IMG/VR virus record: IMGVR_UViG_642918882_000001 | Location: 4,091 to 68,090 of that record | DNA: 64,000 nt | From: a virus | Taxonomy: Duplodnaviria; Caudoviricetes | Direction: 5' to 3' (one strand) | In this document: piece after piece, positions 47,214 to 55,994 of the stretch | Layout: each line of letters starts with the position of its first letter | How positions within the stretch are numbered: the first letter of the stretch is position 1 | The notes under the pieces: model-generated | What the model saw: the letters and a program-made list of their open reading frames with translations, nothing else | What the model was told of the DNA's origin: nothing | Databases searched by the model: none | Program-made: the position numbers and the translations under genes

Positions 47214-49027
47214 ACCTTGGCCCAGGCCCTCCCCATGTCGGCGGCGTCGGTGCGGAGGACCGGCACCCGTCCGGCCCAGCGGATCAGGAAGTCCGGCGGC
47301 GTGAGCATGATCTGCTGCACCTCGTCGGACACTTCGGTGTCCACGATCAGTTCGTCGTGCATAGCCAGCTGGAGGTGGTCACCGAGGCCCGCGCGCTCCA
47401 TGCGGACGATCGTGCTCGCCAGCACGTCGTACGCGCTTCCCTGCACCGTGTAGTTGACCGCGCGGAACACTCCGCCGTCGTCCACCGGGAGGATCCGTCC
47501 GGCGGCGGTGATGATCCTGCCGTACTGGTCCGCGATCCCCTGGACACGCGCCATCCACTTCGCCGACTCGGGCATGGCGGCGAGCATCTGGCGGCGGATC
47601 TGCTGCGCCGACTCGACCGTGTGCTTGATCTTGAGAGCCAGGCCGTTGACTCCCATGCCGTACATGGTCGCGAGCAGGACCACCTTCGCGATGTCGCGGC
47701 CCTCTTTGGTCATCGGCAGGCCGCAGGACCGCTGGATCGGCTCGTAGAGATCCTCCCCCGCCTCGAACGGGATCAGGAATCCCACGTCCCCGGCCATGTT
47801 CGCCATGGTCACCGGCTCGATCTGGGACCAGTCGATCGACGTGAGGCCCTGGCCGTCGTCGGTGATGATCGGCCGCGCATCCTTGGGGAACTGCTGGAGT
47901 TCGGGCATGGAGTACGCCATCCGTCCGGTCGCCGACGCGCCGAGCACACCGACCTGCGGATGGCACCGGCCGGTCACCGCTGCCTGACGTTCGACCTTGG
48001 TCAGGTACCCGAGCACCTTGTCGACCTCGGCGAGCTTCCGCTGCGCGATCGTCAGCGGGTGGTCGAAGCCGTCCAGCAGATCCTTGGTCGCCTTCAGTCC
48101 GCCGGTCGGCGTGCGCGGCCAGTCCGCAGGAAGCTGCCCGATCTCCGCCAGGTACTCCACGATCTTCTTGCCCTTCCCGGCACCGCCTTCGAGGCCGTGC
48201 GCGGCGAGCAACGCTTCGTGCTGGATCCGTTCGGCGTCCTTCTCCTCCTGGTACCGGGTGAGGTATTCGTGGTCGACCGCGAGGCCCTTCCCGGTCCGGC
48301 GGAGCATGACGCGGTGGACGGTCTCCTGGTCCCCGAGGATCTTCTCCGCCTCGGCGTCCGTGGTCGCGCCGTGGTCGGCGAACGGGTGGTCGAGGGTCCA
48401 GTTGATCGCCATGGCACGCAGGAGCGGTTCGAGCTTCAGCGTCGCGATCGTGTCCGCCATGGCCCCCACGCGGTAGATCGGGGACTCGATGCTCATGCCC
48501 TCGTAGCCCGCCTGGATCGTTTTGTACCCGGCGGCGGCGAACGCCACCTTCATGCCGTCCTTGAAGTCCGAGAGGCCCAGGTAGCGGATCGAGAGCGCGG
48601 TCAGGCTCTTCGACACGGTCACGTCCGGCAGGGAGAACCGCGCCAGCAGCAACGTGTCGACCACCTTGTTGATCGCGATGTTCGGCGACGTGCCAAACAG
48701 GCCCGCGTGCCTGAGCGCCGGGATGTCGAACGGTGCGTTGTGCAGGATGATCGTCTCGGCCCGCTCGTAGAGGTCGATGCACGCCTGACGGTGCAGGGTG
48801 TTGCCGACGGGATCCAACAGGACGCTGTGGATCGAGCCGTCATCCCAGCGCCACGCGAACGTGACGCAGTTGATCTCGAAGGCCCGGTCGAGGCCGGGGG
48901 TCTCGATGTCCGTCGCGATAGTGAAACCCGCAGTGCGGGCGAGACGTTCGGCGGCGTCGAGGGCGTGGCTGCCGGTGCTGAGCGTGGCACCGAGCACCGG
49001 GTCGTACCAGGTGCGGTTGGGGACCAT
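47210..49027 (-). CDS. DNA polymerase, family A
   Basis: Exo motifs DIET and HNAPFD; motif A DWSQIE, motif B RDIAKVVLLATMYG, motif C MHDE; SD GGAGG. Confidence 0.92.
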   Translation of the reverse strand: MVPNRTWYDPVLGATLSTGSHALDAAERLARTAGFTIATDIETPGLDRAFEINCVTFAWRWDDGSIHSVLLDPVGNTLHRQACIDLYERAETIILHNAPFDIPALRHAGLFGTSPNIAINKVVDTLLLARFSLPDVTVSKSLTALSIRYLGLSDFKDGMKVAFAAAGYKTIQAGYEGMSIESPIYRVGAMADTIATLKLEPLLRAMAINWTLDHPFADHGATTDAEAEKILGDQETVHRVMLRRTGKGLAVDHEYLTRYQEEKDAERIQHEALLAAHGLEGGAGKGKKIVEYLAEIGQLPADWPRTPTGGLKATKDLLDGFDHPLTIAQRKLAEVDKVLGYLTKVERQAAVTGRCHPQVGVLGASATGRMAYSMPELQQFPKDARPIITDDGQGLTSIDWSQIEPVTMANMAGDVGFLIPFEAGEDLYEPIQRSCGLPMTKEGRDIAKVVLLATMYGMGVNGLALKIKHTVESAQQIRRQMLAAMPESAKWMARVQGIADQYGRIITAAGRILPVDDGGVFRAVNYTVQGSAYDVLASTIVRMERAGLGDHLQLAMHDELIVDTEVSDEVQQIMLTPPDFLIRWAGRVPVLRTDAADMGRAWAKV

Positions 49028-49302
49028 TAATTTTCCTCCACTGTCGGGGTTGTCACACTCAACGCTTTCAGACGGATTTGCTCTGTCAAGTACGTGATCG
49101 ACGGCGCGATCACTTCGTGCAGCGCGGGGTTGTGGACGGCGATGTCGGTGAGCATCGACTCGGCGAGCGCGGCACCGCCCTCCAGCCCCTCGCGAGCACC
49201 CTCGGCCCACGACTCCGCCACGATCGCGGTCACCGTCTCGGACACGCGGGCACCGAGGGCGTTGAGCTTCGCGTACCGGTCGAACGGGTCGGGGCGTGTC
49301 AT
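49027..49302 (-). CDS. hypothetical protein
   Basis: SD GGAGG; coupled at both ends. Confidence 0.65.
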   Translation of the reverse strand: MTRPDPFDRYAKLNALGARVSETVTAIVAESWAEGAREGLEGGAALAESMLTDIAVHNPALHEVIAPSITYLTEQIRLKALSVTTPTVEEN

Positions 49303-49436
49303 TTCCGGCCTCCGAGGATCAGCTCGGCGACCGCGAGGCCGACACCGACGGCGGCGAAGATGATCAGGCCGATGACCAGCACCAACGGGATCAGCGCCTC
49401 CCACAGCGGCATACCGGAGTTGTTGACGAACGTCAC
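49299..49436 (-). CDS. 45-aa single-TM protein not in ORF track
   Basis: MTFVNNSGMPLWEALIPLVLVIGLIIFAAVGVGLAVAELILGGRK; 4-nt overlaps at both ends. Confidence 0.65.
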   Translation of the reverse strand: MTFVNNSGMPLWEALIPLVLVIGLIIFAAVGVGLAVAELILGGRK

Positions 49437-49879
49437 CCGGTCACCGCCTCGTACAGCTCGCGGAGCACCTCGCGCACGTCATCGGGGAGACCGGCCGCTC
49501 CGGCGGCGCGGTGGACGCCGTTGAGGTAATCGACCACGAGCCGCTTGATCTCGGCCTCGCCCTCGGCGTACCCCTCGTCGTGACCGGTCTGCTTGGCGTC
49601 CCGCTCGATGTCGTCGTGCGTGACTTCCTCGCACTCGGTCTGGCCCGCCTTCCAGCCCTCGTCGTACTGGGCCTCCAGCTCGGCCTCGCGGGCTGCCGGA
49701 TCGTACGGGGCGGCGAACCCGTCACCGCCGACGAGACGGTCAGCGCCGGGTGTGCAGCGGTAGAGGCCGGTGAGCGTGTGGACCCACGCGCCGGTCATCT
49801 GATCGTTGACCGCCTCGTCGCAGTTCTGGCACGCGCTATGGGAGGTCAGGTACGCCTCGGCGACGGCGGAGAGGGTCAC
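49433..49879 (-). CDS. hypothetical protein
   Basis: SD GAGGAGG; GTGA overlap. Confidence 0.65.
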   Translation of the reverse strand: MTLSAVAEAYLTSHSACQNCDEAVNDQMTGAWVHTLTGLYRCTPGADRLVGGDGFAAPYDPAAREAELEAQYDEGWKAGQTECEEVTHDDIERDAKQTGHDEGYAEGEAEIKRLVVDYLNGVHRAAGAAGLPDDVREVLRELYEAVTG

Positions 49880-50352
49880 GGCTTCGCCTCCTCGTCGTCG
49901 TCGCGCAGCCACGCGAGGAACCGCTCGGCGGTGTCGATGACGTTCTCCGCTCCGTCCGGACCGCCCTTGCCCTCCCAGACGCGCGCCGCGCACTCCAGCG
50001 CCACACGGCGGTCCTCCGGACCGAGGCGGCTGATCTCCGGCGACGACGGGATCGGGAGCACCCCGCCATCGTGCATGTCCGGCACCATGTGGTCGGCGCG
50101 GAACGGACCCAGCTGAACGACCTTGACCGGGTAGTTGATCCCGGCGAGATCGACCGTCATCGGTGCCCAGCCGCCGGGGGAGATCCACACGACGCGCGTC
50201 GGCCCGCCGTGCGGTGTCGGCGTCTCGTAGTCGATCTCGACGTTGACGAAGGCCACGGCGCGACTGGTGCGGTCGTCCTCGACCCTGAGCCACTCGATGA
50301 TCGTGCCGTCGGGCAGATTCTCCAGGGACGCGCGGTCGTAGATCTCCAGCAT
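49876..50352 (-). CDS. hypothetical protein
   Basis: Coding-like frame from MLEIYDRASL. Confidence 0.65.
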   Translation of the reverse strand: MLEIYDRASLENLPDGTIIEWLRVEDDRTSRAVAFVNVEIDYETPTPHGGPTRVVWISPGGWAPMTVDLAGINYPVKVVQLGPFRADHMVPDMHDGGVLPIPSSPEISRLGPEDRRVALECAARVWEGKGGPDGAENVIDTAERFLAWLRDDDEEAKP

Positions 50353-50429
50353 CACCGACCGCCCTCGGTGGTGGTGACGGTGGACCGGCCGACGCGGATA
50401 GCGCCGCCGTCCAGGTCGATGGGAGGCAT
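50352..50429 (-). CDS. possible 25-aa leader ORF (MPPIDLDGGAIRVGRSTVTTTEGGR)
   Basis: GGAG upstream and TGATG coupling to the next gene. Confidence 0.35.
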   Translation of the reverse strand: MPPIDLDGGAIRVGRSTVTTTEGGR

Positions 50430-50462
50430 ATCGGATACTCCAGACGGGGACCGGGGGATCGA

Positions 50463-50503
50463 CCACGGCACCCTGCGCGATCCCCATCCGCAGGGTGCCG
50501 TGG
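50463..50503 (-). terminator. hairpin
   Basis: CCACGGCACCCTGCG-N11-CGCAGGGTGCCGTGG. Confidence 0.65.
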
Positions 50504-50507
50504 GGTC

Positions 50508-50738
50508 TCAGGGGTTGGCGGGGCTGTGGTCGCCGGGGACCGGCGTCTCGCCCGCCGGGAGGCTACCGAGGCCGTTGCCCATGGTGGCCGGATCCCAGCA
50601 CCGCTCGTCCTCGTAGCACGGCTGCTCGATCGTGACGCCGGGTGCGGCCTCGACGCGGGCCAGGTAGATCCCGCCGAGCATGGTCGTGATCCCGGCCGCG
50701 ACGGCAGCCGCAGCGACCACCTCGGTCAGCGCCTTCAC
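50508..50738 (-). CDS. small secreted/membrane protein
   Basis: Hydrophobic N-terminus; PCYEDERCWDPATMGNG. Confidence 0.65.
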   Translation of the reverse strand: MKALTEVVAAAAVAAGITTMLGGIYLARVEAAPGVTIEQPCYEDERCWDPATMGNGLGSLPAGETPVPGDHSPANP

Positions 50739-51085
50739 CGGACACCGCCGGACATGCTCGCGGCGACGATGGACAAGGCGCGGTCCTCGGGGATCCCGGC
50801 CCGCTCGTTCACGGCGGCGACGTACGCGCGCTGCCACTCGGCGTCGCCGTACGGGGCGGGCCACAGTTCGAGGTACCCGCCGACACGGCACGCGGCGACG
50901 ATCCCGATCAGGTCGTCGCGGTAGAGGGCGACACCGCGCTCCGCCGACACGACGTGCAGGCCGAGGGCTTCCTTCTGGCCGCAGGGGGAGCAGATGTACT
51001 CGGGGACGTACCGGCTCAGCGCGTTACGCGCCTCGACCGGATTCATGTCGTTCCCGCAGAGCGGGCACCGCTTCGACTGGGACAT
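50735..51085 (-). CDS. Zn-ribbon protein under variant cassette
   Basis: CPLC...NALSR...ICSPC. Confidence 0.7.
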   Translation of the reverse strand: MSQSKRCPLCGNDMNPVEARNALSRYVPEYICSPCGQKEALGLHVVSAERGVALYRDDLIGIVAACRVGGYLELWPAPYGDAEWQRAYVAAVNERAGIPEDRALSIVAASMSGGVR

Positions 51086-51091
51086 TTCGAT

Positions 51092-51157
51092 CTCCGTTCC
51101 GCCGGGTCGATCCCGGCTTCGTGGACAACACTGGCACGGCTGGTGGACCAGTGTCAA
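51092..51157 (-). promoter_or_regulatory. variant cassette with a different inverted repeat
   Basis: TTGACA-N18-CAGTGT on ACACTGG-N13-CCAGTGT; hairpin GCCGGG ATCGA CCCGGC then GGAACGGAG. Confidence 0.7.
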
Positions 51158-51161
51158 CACC

Positions 51162-51431
51162 TCACCTGTCGGTGATTTCGGGAACCGGGGCAGGACGCCG
51201 CCCGGTCTGCGCGTACACGGCACCGCGATCCATCTCTTCGAGGGTGCGCAGCCGTGCCGCGAGGTCGGGGTCGATCGCCGCCAGCGCGGTCTCCCACAGC
51301 CCCCGGCGACGCATCTCGGCGCACAGGGTGGACACCTGGCCGACGTTCGCGAGGGACTGGGGACGACCGGCGCAGAACCCGAGGATGAGGGACAGGGCGG
51401 CGTCAGGGACATTGGCGAGAGGGGAGGACAT
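51162..51431 (-). CDS. hypothetical protein
   Basis: Lies downstream of a consensus promoter. Confidence 0.55.
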   Translation of the reverse strand: MSSPLANVPDAALSLILGFCAGRPQSLANVGQVSTLCAEMRRRGLWETALAAIDPDLAARLRTLEEMDRGAVYAQTGRRPAPVPEITDR

Positions 51432-51483
51432 ATCGGGGAGGGTACACCCGGCCGGACGACCCGGCCCCTCACGCGCGCGCGCG

Positions 51484-51513
51484 ATTATACGCCGGTGCGC
51501 AATACCTTGTCAA
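51484..51513 (-). promoter_or_regulatory. consensus sigma70/SigA promoter
   Basis: TTGACA-N18-TATAAT on the minus strand. Confidence 0.75.
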
Positions 51514-51824
51514 GGGGCGTCCACATTGTGAGACGACGTCTTGACACGTCGGATAGGATCGTGAACGGCAGAGGATCGGGGCGTCGCGATCCGCCATTCA
51601 ACGAATGACATTGGAACCCTCGTCATCCTTGTCCTCGTAGGGGACTTGACAGATCGGTGGTCGATCGTGTATACGCGCGAGGGATCACGGGGGACTCACG
51701 TCATCCGTCGACCGCAGTGCGGTACCGCCGGAACCGCTATGTCGCGGTTCTCCGGCCCGCATGGCGAAGGACCATCGACACGTGTCGTTGACACGTTAAC
51801 GACACGTGTGCCAGGGTAGAGAGC

Positions 51825-52592
51825 ATGGCACCACGACGACCGAAAAACGCACCCCGTCCGATGGACAAGACCCTGGACGAGTTCGGCGAGATGCTCGACC
51901 GCAGAGCCGGTGAATCGCTCGGATTCGCGGACCTCGTCCGTCGGTACCGCAGGGCAGCCGACGCGCGGAACGCATTGAAGAAGTCGGAGGCACGCGAGTC
52001 GGCCCTCATGATCGCTGACCGTCTGTACGCAGCGGGAACGGTGATCAGCGAGCAGCGCGGGGAGCGCCTGATCAAGGTGACCGTGAAACCTCATTTCGCA
52101 GTGACGGTGCGGGCACCACGGATCCGCGAGACGCTCGGCGAGGCGGTCTACGAGGCGTCGCGAGTCGAGCAGCGGAGGCTCGCCATGAAGGGTCCGGATC
52201 AGGAGTTCACGCTTCCTCGTTTGCGCGGTGGGTCGCTGGACGATGTCATGGCCGCGCTGCACGACATGCGGAGCTTCAACGGCAGCCTCGGGCGGCAGGA
52301 GTCGGAGGCGCGCGAAGCGCTGAACCGGATCATCGACCTGCACGCCGGACCGTGGCGCGGTGAGCCGTGGCTCACGGCCGACGGATGGCAGGTCGGGTGG
52401 TCGACGCAGCGGATATTCCAGGCGTCCCGGTTCAAGGCGCTGTGCGAGGAGTACGGGAAGACGTACGACGACTACACGGAGGCTGTGGAGAGGGCAGGGT
52501 CGTCGTATTTCAAGGTCGTTCCGCTCAAACCGTCGGACTACCTGGGAGAGGGTGCGGTGGACCTGTCGGACGAGGCGTGGCAGGCGGTGTGA
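51825..52592 (+). CDS. hypothetical protein
   Basis: 255-aa ORF, first of the rightward block. Confidence 0.7.
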   Translation: MAPRRPKNAPRPMDKTLDEFGEMLDRRAGESLGFADLVRRYRRAADARNALKKSEARESALMIADRLYAAGTVISEQRGERLIKVTVKPHFAVTVRAPRIRETLGEAVYEASRVEQRRLAMKGPDQEFTLPRLRGGSLDDVMAALHDMRSFNGSLGRQESEAREALNRIIDLHAGPWRGEPWLTADGWQVGWSTQRIFQASRFKALCEEYGKTYDDYTEAVERAGSSYFKVVPLKPSDYLGEGAVDLSDEAWQAV

Positions 52593-52636
52593 GGCACAAT
52601 TCCTCGGTGGGCGGTGTTGTGGTTAACATGTATCGC

Positions 52637-52876
52637 ATGGCACCGAAAACACCCCCTGCCCGCTCGCGACGAGGTCCGGCGGACGCGAATTACCTGACCA
52701 TCGGCGTCAGGACGACGGATCCCGCACTCAAGACGCGCTTCCGTGTCGCGTGCGCGGAGGATGGTCTGAGCGGTGCGGAGATGCTCGCGACGCTGCTCGA
52801 CCTGCGGGATGATCGCAACCGGCGGCGGCGTGCCGCCATGGCTCACCCGCTGGACACACGGAGGAACGCAGGATGA
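52637..52876 (+). CDS. ribbon-helix-helix-like DNA-binding protein
   Basis: Strand YLTIGVRT, helix ALKTRFRVACAEDG, helix GAEMLATLLD; TAACAT-N7-ATG. Confidence 0.6.
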   Translation: MAPKTPPARSRRGPADANYLTIGVRTTDPALKTRFRVACAEDGLSGAEMLATLLDLRDDRNRRRRAAMAHPLDTRRNAG

Positions 52877-53103
52877 TCGACATCGACGCAGCACGGGCAT
52901 CCCTTCCGCCCCTGGTGGCCGCAGGACCGCAGAACGACGCGCGCCGTGCCGTGCATACGCCGCACGTCGAGATGCCCGAGATCGTCCGTGAGGCGCTCGC
53001 GTCCGGCAAGCAGTGGCACCTGTTGACGCCGGAGCAGCAGGAGGCGGGCCTGGCGTGGATGCGGAACCAACGCGGCGCGAACTTCTGGAAGGCCCAGGCG
53101 TGA
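52873..53103 (+). CDS. hypothetical protein
   Basis: ATGA overlap; SD GGAGG. Confidence 0.65.
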   Translation: MIDIDAARASLPPLVAAGPQNDARRAVHTPHVEMPEIVREALASGKQWHLLTPEQQEAGLAWMRNQRGANFWKAQA

Positions 53104-53264
53104 GTCTGCGGTGGCGCGACCGTCTCGGGTTCTGGCTGGAGCGGTGGATCTTCCCCGACTGGATCTTCGGCCGGATCCTCTACCGGTACGACGGCGAGAC
53201 GCCGCGCGGTGACGGTCTGTACGTCAACCGGGTCAACGGACACCTTGTGGTGGTCGACCGGTGA
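53100..53264 (+). CDS. small hypothetical protein
   Basis: GTGA overlaps at both ends. Confidence 0.55.
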   Translation: MSLRWRDRLGFWLERWIFPDWIFGRILYRYDGETPRGDGLYVNRVNGHLVVVDR

Positions 53265-53860
53265 CGGCGTTGGCGGTGTCCGACTTCGGCGACGACGAGG
53301 ACCGGTTGTGGGAGCGCCGGTTCAAGATCATGTCGCTCTACAACGGCGGGCTGACGTACCGGCAGATCGCCCAGCAGTACGACATCTCGACAACGCAGGC
53401 CCGCAAGGACCACCGGCTCGCAATGCAGGCGATCGTCGGGGAGTCGGTGGACGACATGCTGGCCCGCCAGCGGTCGATTCTGCACGACGTGGTGAAGCGC
53501 AACTACGCCGGACTGTTGCGCGGCGACAAGGATTCCACCGGGCACGTGCTCAAGGCGCTCGACCAGGAGGCGAAGCTCTTCGGGCTGAACGCTCCGGCGC
53601 GCGTGTCCGTCGGCATCTCCGACACGGAGTTCGCCGAGAAGTTGGCCGACCTGCTCGACGCCGTCGAGGAGGATGATCTGAAGGAGCTGCGACGTGCCCG
53701 ACCTGCCACCCGAGACATCATCGACGCCGAGGTCGATCCGTGGGACGATCCCGTCCTCGAAGACGGCGAAGCTCCCGTCGATCGCGGAACTGATGGCGAG
53801 GGCGGTGGACTTCGTGATGATGGGCAGCCGTCCCGTCCGCCGGGATGGAGCAATCTCTGA
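53261..53860 (+). CDS. HTH protein, possibly terminase small subunit-like
   Basis: GLTYRQIAQQYDIS HTH; LDQEAKLFGLNAP. Confidence 0.6.
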   Translation: MTALAVSDFGDDEDRLWERRFKIMSLYNGGLTYRQIAQQYDISTTQARKDHRLAMQAIVGESVDDMLARQRSILHDVVKRNYAGLLRGDKDSTGHVLKALDQEAKLFGLNAPARVSVGISDTEFAEKLADLLDAVEEDDLKELRRARPATRDIIDAEVDPWDDPVLEDGEAPVDRGTDGEGGGLRDDGQPSRPPGWSNL

Positions 53861-54269
53861 CGCGGTGCATCGCTGCGACCTGGTGGAGCAGCACAGCCTC
53901 CTGGTCGAGTTGCCGCCGTGGGCGTGGCACGACCGGGATCTGATCCGCCAGATCGGCGAGGGGGCGCGTGACGAGGCGTACGCGTGGGCGGAGTCGCACG
54001 GCCTCGATGTCGAGGTCAACCTGGTGGAGCGCCGGACGTTCGATCCGGTCGAGGAGCATCACGTGGGTGCCGAGTGGACGGTCGTCGTCGGCCGGGGGAC
54101 CATCTCGGAGGACCAGCGTGTCCCCGGCGTGCTGGACGAGTGGGTCTGGTCGTCCCGCTTCCGGCACTGGCTGGCGAAGTTCACGGCGGTCGGCGTGACG
54201 CAGAGGTCGGCGCTGCACGTCGCGAACGTGGCCGGATCCCTCTACGTCGTGCCGGATCCCGAGGACTGA
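53793..54269 (+). CDS. hypothetical protein (start uncertain)
   Basis: Coding-like frame filling the gap. Confidence 0.55.
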   Translation: MARAVDFVMMGSRPVRRDGAISDAVHRCDLVEQHSLLVELPPWAWHDRDLIRQIGEGARDEAYAWAESHGLDVEVNLVERRTFDPVEEHHVGAEWTVVVGRGTISEDQRVPGVLDEWVWSSRFRHWLAKFTAVGVTQRSALHVANVAGSLYVVPDPED

Positions 54270-54272
54270 CCA

Positions 54273-54530
54273 GTGGGCAAGGCACGCTCGGTCACGCGGA
54301 CGAAGTTCCCCGGCGGCACGAAGCCCCGCAGGGACGACGACACGGTGGCGGCTCAGCGCCGTGCTCGGCGGTGCGAGAAGAACTGGCGCGTCAAGACGAC
54401 CGACGAGGGCGTGCTCGCCCTCGAACCGGGCCGGGACTTCGAGCAGGTCTTCGAGGGCGGGGCGGATCCGTTCTGGTCGGCCGTCGAGTACGCCGCCGCA
54501 CGGCTGCGCGGCGACGTGCCCGACGACTAG
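54273..54530 (+). CDS. hypothetical protein
   Basis: SD GAGGA. Confidence 0.6.
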   Translation: MGKARSVTRTKFPGGTKPRRDDDTVAAQRRARRCEKNWRVKTTDEGVLALEPGRDFEQVFEGGADPFWSAVEYAAARLRGDVPDD

Positions 54531-54542
54531 ACGTGCGCGGTT

Positions 54543-54677
54543 TTACGCGAAGTGGGCGTCGAACGCGGCGAAAAGGTCATCGACGGTCTCGATGCCGTCG
54601 GCGGCGAGGTCGGCGGCGATCTCGGCGCGGGCGATACGGGCTGCGACGCGGGCGGTGCGGATGACGAACTCGTTCAT
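54543..54677 (-). CDS. 44-aa protein not in ORF track (MNEFVIRTARVAARIARAEIAADLAADGIETVDDLFAAFDAHFA)
   Basis: Complete cassette upstream. Confidence 0.75.
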   Translation of the reverse strand: MNEFVIRTARVAARIARAEIAADLAADGIETVDDLFAAFDAHFA

Positions 54678-54683
54678 GGTGTT

Positions 54684-54748
54684 CCTTTCCCGGCGGGTCC
54701 ATCCCGCCTGCACACCAAGAACAATACCACAATGGTCGGGGTTGTCAA
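54684..54748 (-). promoter_or_regulatory. repeat cassette
   Basis: TTGACA ACCCCGACCATTGTGG TATTGT ... GGCGGG ATGGA CCCGCC GGGAAAGG AACACC ATG. Confidence 0.85.
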
Positions 54749-54776
54749 GTCATCCGCCGGAGGTAATCTGCGCGGA

Positions 54777-54884
54777 ATGATCATCTGGTGCCCGACCTGC
54801 GCGCGGACCGTCTGCCACCCCACCCTGACCGAACTTCGGTGTCCCGAGTGCGGTACGCGTGACGGCGTGACCAAGCACGGGTAG
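54777..54884 (+). CDS. 35-aa Zn-ribbon peptide
   Basis: CPTC...CPEC; TAATCT-N7-ATG. Confidence 0.5.
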   Translation: MIIWCPTCARTVCHPTLTELRCPECGTRDGVTKHG

Positions 54885-54894
54885 GGTGCGACCT

Positions 54895-55230
54895 ATGCCC
54901 GTAGACGCCGCCGAGCCGGACAAGGCCGGTGTGATCGGTCGTTTCGTCGGCGGAGTGGTCGTCACCGTGCTCACGTCGCCGAGGGTCGAAGCGATGCTCT
55001 ACCGGATCCTCGGCCGGATCGTGACCGAGCGCGTCCTGCCCGTGATCCCCGTGACCGTGGCGACTGCGGTGTCCGGCGTGATTGAGAAGATCCCCGGCGT
55101 CGAGAACGTCCGAGACGTTGTCGGCTACGCCGAGGACATCCGCCAGCGGGTCAACGACCTGCTCCCCGACATCGACACCGGCATCAAGCCGCTGGACGAC
55201 CTCCTGGACGCATGGCGACCCAAGCCGTAA
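54895..55230 (+). CDS. hypothetical membrane-associated protein
   Basis: TAGGGT-N7-ATG; hydrophobic stretches. Confidence 0.65.
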   Translation: MPVDAAEPDKAGVIGRFVGGVVVTVLTSPRVEAMLYRILGRIVTERVLPVIPVTVATAVSGVIEKIPGVENVRDVVGYAEDIRQRVNDLLPDIDTGIKPLDDLLDAWRPKP

Positions 55231-55739
55231 ACGAGCGCTGGGAGCCGGACGAGCACCTGGTGTCGGCGGTGCTCGCCGCCGGATCCGGCCGCAGGATGTC
55301 CGAGTTCAAGGCCCACGATCGCGCATGGCTGGTGTCCGGCCTCGTCCTGCACGGGTTGACCGCCGAGGACATCGCGGACCGCCTGCACTGTTCCGTCCGC
55401 CTGGTGCGCTCGATCATCGCCGAGCCGATCACGCAACTCTGCCGCCTCTACCGGATCCAGGCCCGCGCGTTCGACGGCGAGATCGCACTCGCCCGCTCCG
55501 AGCACGCCAACATGGCTCGGGCGCTGGTCGAGATGACCGAGGAGCGCGACCGGATCAAAGAGCAGTTCGACCGCATCCTCGACGCGCGCATGATCGGAGA
55601 AGAGATCCGCCTCTGCTCGAAGGGCCACCTGATGGACCGGTGGAACACCTACGTGCATGAGAAGTCCGGCAAGCGGTACTGCCGGACGTGCCGACGCGAG
55701 TATCAGGCCGACTTCCGCGCGCGGGTCTCGGAAACGTAG
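55212..55739 (+). CDS. HTH plus C-terminal Zn-finger protein
   Basis: GLTAEDIADRLHCSVRLVRSI; CSKGH...CRTC. Confidence 0.7.
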   Translation: MATQAVNERWEPDEHLVSAVLAAGSGRRMSEFKAHDRAWLVSGLVLHGLTAEDIADRLHCSVRLVRSIIAEPITQLCRLYRIQARAFDGEIALARSEHANMARALVEMTEERDRIKEQFDRILDARMIGEEIRLCSKGHLMDRWNTYVHEKSGKRYCRTCRREYQADFRARVSET

Positions 55740-55751
55740 TTACCGGATCCA

Positions 55752-55940
55752 CTACGCGCGGCGTTTGCCGCGTCCGCGCTTGTGCTTCCGGCCCTTGTTC
55801 CCGCCACGATGGCGGACTGTCTTGTTCGCGACGGCGTTCGAGATCCGCGCCGCCTTCGTCTTGCTCATGCCCTTGCGACGTAGAGCGTCGTAGATGTCTG
55901 GGCGCTTCAGCGACTTCGATCGTCCAGGTTGGCGTGCCAT
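55752..55940 (-). CDS. small basic protein
   Basis: YDALRRKGMSKTKAARISN resembles a small bacterial basic domain. Confidence 0.65.
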   Translation of the reverse strand: MARQPGRSKSLKRPDIYDALRRKGMSKTKAARISNAVANKTVRHRGGNKGRKHKRGRGKRRA

Positions 55941-55949
55941 GCACCAAGA

Positions 55950-55980
55950 ATGCCCGGTCCCCGTGCTGAGGACCGGGCAT
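55950..55980 (-). terminator. hairpin
   Basis: ATGCCCGGTCC-N9-GGACCGGGCAT. Confidence 0.65.
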
Positions 55981-55994
55981 CTGCGGCCGGAGGC

